From the human T2T-CHM13v2.0 reference genome, Homo sapiens: 64,000 nt of DNA. Position numbers and translations under genes: made by a program. Positions 42,430 to 64,000 of this stretch are shown in pieces. The stretch lies in NCBI RefSeq assembly GCF_009914755.1, contig NC_060933.1; one strand, written 5' to 3'. Position 1 is the stretch's first letter. Each line of letters opens with the position of its first letter. The notes beneath the pieces were generated by a model. The model made no database searches. It saw nothing but the letters and a program-made list of their open reading frames with translations, and was not told where the DNA came from.

Positions 42430-43160
42430 TTTCTCCAAAGGTGATACACAAATGGCCAACAAGTATATGAAAAAATGCTCAACATCACTAATCATCAGAG
42501 AAATGCAAACCAAAACCACACCCATTAGGATAGCTATCATTTAAAAGCAAAAACAAAAACAAAGCCTGAATATAACAAGTGTTAGCAAGGATATGGAAAA
42601 ATTGGAACCCATGTGCACTGTTGGTGGGATTGTAAAATGGTGCAACCACTATGGAAAAGAGTATGGAGGTCCCTAAAAAATTTGAAAAGTAGAAGTACCA
42701 TATGATTCAGCAATCCCACTTCTGCGTATATATCCAAAAGAATTGAAAGTAGGGTCTCTAAAAGATATTTGCACACCCATGTTCGTAACATCACTATTTA
42801 CAATAGCCAAGATTTACAACAGCCAAGTTGTGGAAGCAACTCAAATGTCCATGGACGGATGAATGGATTAACAAAATGTGCTATATACATGCAATGAAAT
42901 GTTATTCAGTCTTAACAAGGAAAGATATCCTGTCACATGCTACAACACTGATAGACCTTCAGGGCATTATGCTAAGTGAAACAGGCCAAGCACAAAAAGA
43001 CAAATACTGTATGATTCTACTCATATGTGATATCTGAAGTAGTCAAATTCACAGAAACAGAAAGCAGAATGATGGTTATTAGGGTCTGGGGAAAAGGAGG
43101 AAAGGGAAGTTGATGTTTCATGGGTATAGAGTTTCAGTTCTGCTAGATGAAAAAAGTCTG
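42430..43160 (+). mobile_element. L1MB 3' remnant
   Basis: TGCTCAACATCACTAATCATCAGAGAAATGCAAA...GGGTATAGAGTTTCAGTT. Confidence 0.88.
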
Positions 43161-43842
43161 TCATGATTGGGTAATGAATTTGACTCTAAGTTCACTGATA
43201 CATACAGGAGATAATGGACTGACACAATGAATATGAAATTTTGGCTAAATTATTGAAGGCATATTTGTCTGAATAGAGAGTAGGGTGGGAATCTCAGAAT
43301 TATAGGGTTAAAAATGTCTTGTTCCAACTCCTCTTGCCATTTTAGTAAAGAATACACACTGAAAATGCAGGTATGACTTTTTTTTTTTATACTAGAGAAC
43401 TGATAGGGACATGGTCAAACACAATTGTTACTGTTGGCTAATTTATGTAGAATCAATTCTGTTTCCAATCAGTTTTCATTTCTAAAAAGACTAAAGTGAA
43501 GAGCAAACATAACGACCCTTCCCATTTTGCTTGGTTAGCAATAGTAGGCTGTTTGGCTTTATTTTCCAGTTTGTGCTAATGCTCCAGCCCAGAAAGTCTC
43601 ACTCAGATCCATTAAGGCTTAACAATAAGCCATCCTGCCTTTAAGGTTAATTAAATGATTTGAACTAATATTTAACACTATGAACTGTGAGGAGAATTGT
43701 GGACAAAGTAGACTGGTTAGTCACATATGACCAGTTACTGACATGTTCTTTTCAATTTAAATGTTTACATTTTTTATTAATATTATTTAAAATGTCAACC
43801 ACATACCAAAGTGGAGCAGATAACACAGTGAACTCCCAAGTA

Positions 43843-45947
<2,105 letters not shown>

Positions 45948-46111
45948 TACTCATCACTCAGCTTCAAAGAAAAACAACTCATGGCCAATTTTGTTTCATA
46001 TATATTTCACTCACCCCCAGATTATTTTGAAGCAAAACCCAGACATCATATCAATTCAGCTGAGATATTACTTACTTTCAGAAGGGACAAATGAAATCAA
46101 GAGGCTATCCC

Positions 46112-46430
<319 letters not shown>

Positions 46431-47412
46431 TTATACGATAAAAGTGTAATCAGGTTGAATATTAAAAATATATTAAAGTCATAAATGAAAGCAGTACCAT
46501 TTTCAATGGATATTATCATAGGTTCTTACGGAGGTCTCCAAATACCGAGAGTAGTATGCTCAGACCCAAAATCCAGCCACAGCTCCATCATCACAAGCCT
46601 GTGAATACGTGCGAAAGTACACAGGGCCTACTTTTAATCTGGTGACTCAGGGTACCCTTCCTCCTCATCTTCTTCTCACTAGGCTTGGGACTGAGCCAGA
46701 AGCTACACATTACACTACTCCCTTTGACTTGCCAGTTCTGCAAGGTCCTACTTAAAGCAGAACAAACAAACAGGACATTACTAATCATAAGCAATTTAAC
46801 TTTTTAAAATAACTTTATTCTTATCACAAAAGTAACATGAACTCATTACAGACAATTTGGCAAATCCAAAATCCCAAGGAAGAACATAAAAAGTACCTAT
46901 AATTGCATTTTCCCCATTTTTTATTAGGCACATATGTAATTTTTTTATAAACATGAGATTATATTTTACATACTGTATTTAATCTGTTTTCATTACTTTC
47001 TAATATATACTGAATATACTTCCAAGTGATTAAATATTCTTCCTCAACATAAGCTTTTATTTTTGCAAAATACTCAGGTGTAAGGAAGGACAGTAATTAA
47101 TGTCTTTTTGGAGACATTTAGATTATTCCCACTTAGATACACCTTTAGATTTAAAGCTAAAATTCTGTAAATATCAGTGTTTATTTCCTTAGAAAATAAT
47201 CATAGGAAAGAAATCCAGGCATACTTCAGAGATATTGCAGGCTGGGTTCCAGACCAACCCAATAAAGTGAATATTGCAATAAGATGAGTCACACACATTT
47301 TTTGGTTTGCAAGTAGTTATAAAAGTTATGTTTAGACTGTTCTGTCATCTATTAAGTGTGTAATAGTATTTTGTCTAAAAAATGTGTATACTTTAATTTA
47401 GAAAATACTTTA

Positions 47413-47727
<315 letters not shown>

Positions 47728-47809
47728 CTAATGATCTTCAGAGCTTCCAGCAAATAGTAATCTCTTTGCTGCTGGAGGGTCTTGTCCCATGTTGATGGCT
47801 GCTGACTGA

Positions 47810-48126
<317 letters not shown>

Positions 48127-48195
48127 TGAGCCACCGCACCTGGCCCCTTTCCAGAAGGTTTTAGATTCACTTTGCTCAGATCCATCAGAGGAATC

Positions 48196-48650
48196 ACTGT
48201 GTATAGCAGATCCACTATGTATAGCTGCATTTCATAGCAGCTCTAGCCTTATGAAATGTATTTCTTAAATAATAAGACTTAAAAGTCAAAATTATTCCTT
48301 GGTCCACAGCTACAGAATGGATATTGCATTAGCAGGCAAGGAAACAGCATTAATCTCCTTGTATGTCTCCATCAGAATTCTAGGATGGCTAGATGCACTG
48401 TCCGTGAACAGTGAAAGTTTGAACTATGTATAGCAGATTCACTATGTATAGCTGCATTTCATAGCAGCTGTAGCCTTATGAAATATATTCCTTAAATAAT
48501 AAGACTTAAAAGCCAAAATTACTCCTTGGTCCATGGGCTACAGAATGGATACTGCATTAGCAGGCAAGGAAACAGCATTAATCTCCTTGTATGTCTCCAT
48601 AAATACTCTAAGATGGCTAGATGTGCTATCCATGAACAGTGAAAGTTTGA
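48196..48650. repeat. Tandem duplication, 2 x ~227 bp (48196-48422, 48423-48650)
   Basis: Both units run ACTRTGTATAGCAGAT...GAACAGTGAAAGTTTGA. Confidence 0.93.
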
Positions 48651-48876
48651 AATGACTCTTTCATTCCAAGTAGTAGTTCTCAACAAGAGCTTAAAATATT
48701 CAATAAATCATACTGGAAACGGATGTGCTATCATCCATGCTTTGCTGTTCCATTTATAGAGCACAGGCAGAGTAGACTTGACATAATTCTTAAGGGCCTT
48801 AGGATTCTAGGAGTGGTAAATGAGCACTGGCTTCCACCAAAAAAGCCACCAGCATTATTAGCCGCTAACAAGGGAG

Positions 48877-49185
48877 TCAGCCTGTCCTTTGAAGCTTGGA
48901 AGCCAAGCACTGACTTTTCCTAACTATGGAAGTCCTAGATGGCATCTTATTCCAACAGATGGCTGTTTTGTCTACACTGAAGATCTGTTGTTTAATGTAG
49001 CCACCTTTATCAAAGATCTTAGCTAGATCTTCTGGATAACTTGCTGTAGCTTCTACGTCAGTACTTGCTACTTCACCTTGCAGTTTCATGTTATGGACAC
49101 AGCTTCTTTTGGTAAACCTCATGAACCAACCTCTGCTAGCTTCAAATGTTTCTTCTGCAGTTTCCTTGCCTCCCTTAGGCTTCAC
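48877..49185 (-). pseudogene. Tigger1 transposase fragment (end of CENP-B HTH to start of DDE domain)
   Basis: [11 protein letters not shown]...QGEVASTD...YPEDLAKI...QQIFSVDKT...MPSRT; the NVDET motif is decayed and frameshifted downstream. Confidence 0.85.
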
Positions 49186-50349
49186 AGAATTGAAGAGAGC
49201 TAGGGCACTGCTCTGGCCTAGGCTTTGGCTTAAGGGAATGCTTTTTAAAAACTGGTTTTTGCTTCATTTTAGAGACAGGGTCTCACTCTATCACCCAGGC
49301 TAGAGTGCAGTGGCGCAGATAGCTCATTGTAATCTGGAACTCCCAGGCTCAAGTGATCCCCGTCTCAGCCTCCCAAGTAGCTAGGACTACAGGTGCACAC
49401 CATCATACCCAGCTAATTAAAACATTTTTTTTTAAAGAAATGGGGTCTTGCTATATTGCTCAGGCTGGTCTCGAAGTCTTAGGCTCAAGTAATCCTCCTG
49501 TCTCAGCCTCCCACAGTGCTGGGATTAAGGCATGAGGCACTGCGTCTGGTTTAAGGGAATGTTGTAGCTTGCTTGATCTCCTACCCAGACCATTAAAACT
49601 TTCTCCAGGTCAGCAACAAGGCTGTTTTGTTTTATCATTCCTATGTTCTCCAAAGTGGTACTTTTACTTTCCTTTAAGAACTTTTTTTCCTTTGCATTCA
49701 TAACTTGGCTAACTGGTACAAGAGGCCTAGCTTTTGGCCTATCTTTGCTTTCAATATGCCTTCCTCACTTAGTTTAATCATTTCTAGCTTTTTACTTAAA
49801 GTGAGAGACGGGGATTCTTTCTTTCACTTGAACACTTAGAGGCTACTGTTGGGTTACTAACAGGCCTAATTTCAATATTGTTGCATCTCAGGGGATAGGG
49901 AGGCCCAAAGAAAGGGAGAGAGACAGAGGAACTGCCAGTTGATGGAACAGTCAGAACACACATAACATTTATCGCTTAAGTTCTCCATCTTACATGGATG
50001 TGGTACATGACACCCCAAAACAATTACAATAGTTACAACAAAGACCACTGACCACAAATCATCATAACAGATATACTAATAATGAAAAAGTTTCAAATAT
50101 TGAAAGAATTACCAAAATGTGATAAGAGCCATGAAGTGAGCATATGCTATTAGAAAAAATGGTGCCAATAGACTCACTCAACACAGGGTTACCACAAACC
50201 TTATATTAAAAAAAAAAATTGCACCAAATCATACTTCCATCAAGAGAGTATAAATGTATCCCCATTTCTTATGTGTACTCTTACCAACATTATTTCTAGT
50301 AATTTAAAAAGTTTATAAGTTTCATAGATGAAAACATGCACCTAGTAAC

Positions 50350-53143
<2,794 letters not shown>

Positions 53144-53768
53144 TACGTTGCTACTTTTTAATGTGGGGTCATTTTTTAAACCTGGCTTTTTAATTGAAAA
53201 AGTAATACAAACATATGGAAAAATTCAAACTGTACTAAAAAAGGTAGACAATGAGAAGCAAATCTTTCTTCTATTTCAGACTCCTCCTTCCCCCATTCCA
53301 CACCATATCCCCTCAACCCTCCTTCTATTCAGACGTTACCACTGGGTCAATCCGTTGAAAGTTACAGCTAAGGTGATACCTGGGGTCCAAAAGCTAAATA
53401 TGGACCTACGCTATCACCAGTCCCTTCCAGTTCTAAAACTAAGTCCAAGCCTTTTGCAGCACGAAAGAGATAGCCTCCTCTCATCTAAAGTTATGGCTGG
53501 TAAGGCTGAGACGAATGGAAATGGATTTCAAAGACATAGATTTAGAACTCCTGAAAGGCAGGAGACAGAACTCAATACTTTCATGGTGAGTGGTTTATTT
53601 ACTGATTAAATAAACGCTCCCTTAGGGATGTAAGCTCCACACCGGCAGGAGCTTCATCACCAGCTCTCACTGCAGACCCCGGCATTAAAGGAGCTCACAC
53701 GGTAAAAGCCCCTACCGCCCACCACAGCCACAGCGGCCGGCAGCCCAAAGTGGGAAACCGCGCCGGCC

Positions 53769-53778
53769 GTCACGTGAC
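53769..53778. promoter_or_regulatory. CLEAR/USF-type E-box palindrome GTCACGTGAC
   Basis: Exact 10-bp palindrome in the CpG island ~660 bp upstream of the RIC1 ATG. Confidence 0.7.
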
Positions 53779-53943
53779 TCCAGCTCCCCCCGGCAACCGG
53801 CCCGCCCCCACCGAGACCCCGCCAATCCGGAAGGGAGGTCCAATTTGGCCAGGCCAGGGCGTGTTCCACCGGCCCAGTAGCCTTGCTGCTGCGTTATCCC
53901 TAGACTCGCCCCACTTGCCTCGGAGTCTCAGGCCGTTGCCTAG

Positions 53944-55098
<1,155 letters not shown>

Positions 55099-56589
55099 TA
55101 AAGGTCTGGTTATTTAACTCCCCTCTTTAACCCCAACATCCCTTCCCCACTTTCGAGTTGGTCTTTTTCTTTGCTGCTGCTCTTGGACTCTTCGGAATAG
55201 GGGGTTAAAGGAGCGGAAGTAGAACTCAAATCTGTCCGCGGAACTCCCAGTTATAACACCTGGAAATAATAAGGCTTGGGAGGAGCATGGAACTAAATTC
55301 TGTTTTTGCTTTAAGTCCTGGTTATCTTTTTCTTTCTTGTATTGAATTACTGAGTAGATATGAGAAAGAAATAAGTGGTGGATGGGATACTCCCTACTCT
55401 CTGCAAACACTGCTATAACTTTGTCTATGAGAACGACAGAGTTCAGAGTATAAAAATGCTTTTTTTCCTCCCTAAAGAAGGCAGTACCAATCGATGTCAG
55501 AGTGAAGTTTTTCTCCTTTCCAAGTTAATTTGACCATGTGGGGATAGGTTGTGATCTTGTCCTTATTAGGTGTTCGTGAAATACTGGTTTTAGTTTGTTA
55601 AAATCCCCAAATCTTTGTGTGTTGCTGTTCCATTACCTGTAATGCCCTTGACAGTCCTCACCCACTTCCCTGGTAATACTGGTGATGGGATTTAGTGACG
55701 GGTAATTCTGGTGTCTCCTTTGACTGTCATAGTTGGGCTGTAAATCAGACTATTTGCCATCAAGTTTTGGCTGATCTAATTTTCAAATGCAAATCAGAAC
55801 AAAACAAACTTATAAAATCGTAATACCAACAATATGACTATTTTGTCTAGTGCCTGATTGTATTTTGAATATATATGTATGTATGTGTGTGTGTATATAT
55901 ATAAACATATGTGTAAATATATATAAAGTATCATCTGGTTCCTAAATGAGATATTCGTTTACAATGTATATGCCAGTTGAATAATTTTTAATTTGTTTAG
56001 GTGTATATAACTCAACTTTAAAGCACATGCAGAAAAAAATAGAACTTGAATTTAAATTGTCTTTTGAATTTAATACATAATTCCTTTTGAATGTAACAAA
56101 TTTAGACTTTCGTCTAAAATTTAACTTTTCTTACCTTTAAAAAGGCAGACCTAACTTAATTTTAAATAAAAGTAAACAATATGACCTATGAATTGACCAG
56201 AAGCCTGTAAACCACTTTATTCCCCCATAAGAGAAGCATAAACATATGCTTTAATTTAGGGACATTGTGAATATTCTTAAGCATGTCTATTGTTTGGTTT
56301 TGGAGTTACATACGACATCTAGAAATCCAAGGCAGTTCTGGAATTTAAACTATTCATACTCTTCTTTCAAATTCCCACCTCACATGCAACTTCCTTTTTC
56401 CACAGAAGTCCAGGGACCCCTACTATTAAGTTCTGTTGTGCAAAAGTTAGGCTGTAGGGAACCCATGGGTTTAGAGGTCTGGAGTGAAATGAAATGCAGG
56501 AATACCTTAGAGGAGGCTGTATAGTACTGTAGTATGAGTGGTTAACCTTGGTCTCTGGGCACCAGCTTTGTTGTCACTGAAAAAAATCA

Positions 56590-56835
<246 letters not shown>

Positions 56836-58699
56836 TCAAATATTGAACCAAGTGATTATAAGGTGTATGATTACATGCCTAGGTGAGTGGGATACATATG
56901 CTAGACTCCAGCTTCCAATCTTCTCTTCCTGGGATATGCCCTTTCTTACTCTGTATGAAAGTTTTCATTTTGATTTTCTAATTTGTAAACTTCCTGAAAG
57001 TATGTAAGTTAATTAGGTTAACAAACTTCATTTAAAAGTGAAAATGCCTTTAGGTAAATTAAAGGGCTATCAGTTATACTTCCATAATTTAGAGTGAATT
57101 GGTTTAAAAAGTTCTCATGGAGCTGCTAAAAGCTTTGATTTTTGAGAGGCTGTAGATACAAGTAGTTTTATAATAATATGTGAAGATCTACAGGATTTTA
57201 CAGAGTTGAAGTCTTACAGCTGCTTGAGGGCATTTGAAGGCAGGGAGACATGCTCGTATAGATGATAAAACAAGATTTGCTTACCTGAAATTTTGTTAGG
57301 GCTCACTTAGTAAATCAGGCTCTCTTAGGAGTGATATATTTTAAAAAGAGACAACTAGCCTTGTGGAAGGGACAGTCGTTTAGTAGTCTAAGCTGGTTGT
57401 TTCAATGTTCAAAAGAATTGTGGAAATTGTATGTGTACAGTGATAATTCATAAGACTGAATCTCTATTAAAATCTCTAACTGTACATTATATGGGTCTTC
57501 TAATGAACTTTTATGTACTACTTATACCTACTGTCCTCTATTCTAAGTAGGTATTCGGAATTCCACTGTTTAGACTCATATCTCTTCAGAATTATTTCCT
57601 ACCCCAAATTTGAGAAATACAGTATAGTGTTGTTTATGAACAAAAGAGCCTCTAGATAGTTACTTAGCTTTTTTATATTGGAGCCCCAATATTATATTTT
57701 GGAGCCCCCCAAATGGTGTTAAAAAAAGGCTCAGTATGTGTAGGCTAGATTGGGGTGGTAGAGGTAGAACTTGACTGGGGGCAGTTGGTACATTTCTGCT
57801 AAGGTTATTGTAAAAGGACTAGTTTCAGCTTTGAGGATGAAACTGTTGCGTAAGGTAGGTTATGATTTATGATTGACGTAGGTGTAGTGTGAGATGAATT
57901 ACATTTTGTACTGTACTGAGGGCCCAGAATTATTCCTTTAATATACTAACTGTGACTATGAAAGTCTATATATGTGAACATCAGAATGGTATCTTTGAAT
58001 TTAGCCATTCTAAATTAGATGTATAGACATTCTCGTTTTTCAGGTCACCGACTTTAAACATTTAAATTAGCTTCAGAAGTATTTTTGAACATCAACTGTA
58101 AAAGACAGATGTGTATAAAAGGGATGAAGAGACATGTTATATGTTAGTGTGTTAGATGTTAGTGTGTTAATATAAATCTTGTGAGATATCACTGTTGTAG
58201 GTAGCTAATAAAAAGCTGAAATGGGCAAATAATTACTAGGCTTATAAAATAAATTATATGTCGTTTAGTAATCCTGAGCAAAAACTTAGTTCCCATTGGT
58301 ATGTGCTAATCATGGAAAAAAACAATGATATGTCAAAAGAACCAAGCTTTGGATCAGGTATGTGATTAACTGTGTTGACCTCAGGAAGACCATTTTATTT
58401 GTATTTTCCCAGCATTCCCATTTCTCACCCTTTTAACTCTATTACTTTCTCCAGAGAGCCTTCTTTATAAATTCACTGCTCTGAAGTCTTCTAGGGTTCA
58501 CTGTTGATGAAAGAATGGAGTTCAAACTCCTTAGTTTGATATCACAGACACTCCCTTCTTGGAATGCTCTCTTGCCTCATTTCTGCCTGTCAGAGTATTA
58601 TCTATCCTTTAACTGCTGTTGAAATCCTTTCTTTATGAGTCATTCTTTACCTACCGTAACCATAAGTGTTCATTTTTCTGATGAACTACTGCTTCCCCA

Positions 58700-61940
<3,241 letters not shown>

Positions 61941-62124
61941 ACTGCTTTATATCGTAAGTTTTGCACTTATGCTTTATTTCTCCAGCTAGATTATAAGTTT
62001 CTGGAGCACAGAAACTATCTTAATTTGTATTATCTATAGTGCCTTGTACAAGGAAGATGTTTAATAAACATTTTTAATATTAATGAATTTAAGGTATTTG
62101 TCATACGTGTGGCACAGCAATTTT

Positions 62125-64000
<1,876 letters not shown>

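Noticed and set aside
48196-48650. Direct repeats as a CRISPR-like array
   Set aside because: Eukaryotic two-copy tandem duplication without spacers
48877-49185. Possible domesticated TIGD-like transposase gene
   Set aside because: Short, frameshifted, interrupted by Alus and a tandem duplication; catalytic-region motif decayed

Overview
Primate (very probably human) genomic DNA. The only protein-coding sequence I can support is the first coding exon of RIC1 (KIAA1432, RAB6A GEF subunit): ATG at 54439, 48 codons [12 protein letters not shown]...IWYSR, GTAAGT donor at 54583, inside a CpG island at about 53680-54990. From recalled gene order (not visible in the sequence), the window is at 9p24.1, and its first ~53 kb are the intergenic interval downstream of PDCD1LG2 (PD-L2)/CD274 (PD-L1), crossed antisense by the interferon-induced lncRNA INCR1. 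The rest is mostly transposon debris: about 40 Alus, old L1s, L3, MIR, MaLR/ERVL/ERV1 LTRs, Tigger1, Tigger3 and hAT elements. Almost all ORFs in the track are repeat artefacts. I found no new protein-coding system. The most interesting signals are regulatory and largely TE-derived: a perfect NF-kB site in an MSTA LTR, an overlapping STAT6-type/NF-kB composite, a MER91-borne CTCF site, a tandem IRF/PRDM1 site, a perfect CLEAR box in the RIC1 promoter, and a GCC-repeat poly-Ala uORF in the RIC1 5' leader. There is also a poly(A)-tailed, TSD-flanked retroposed ERV1 LTR. Repeat subfamily names come from recalled consensus sequences, and boundaries are approximate unless a TSD is quoted.
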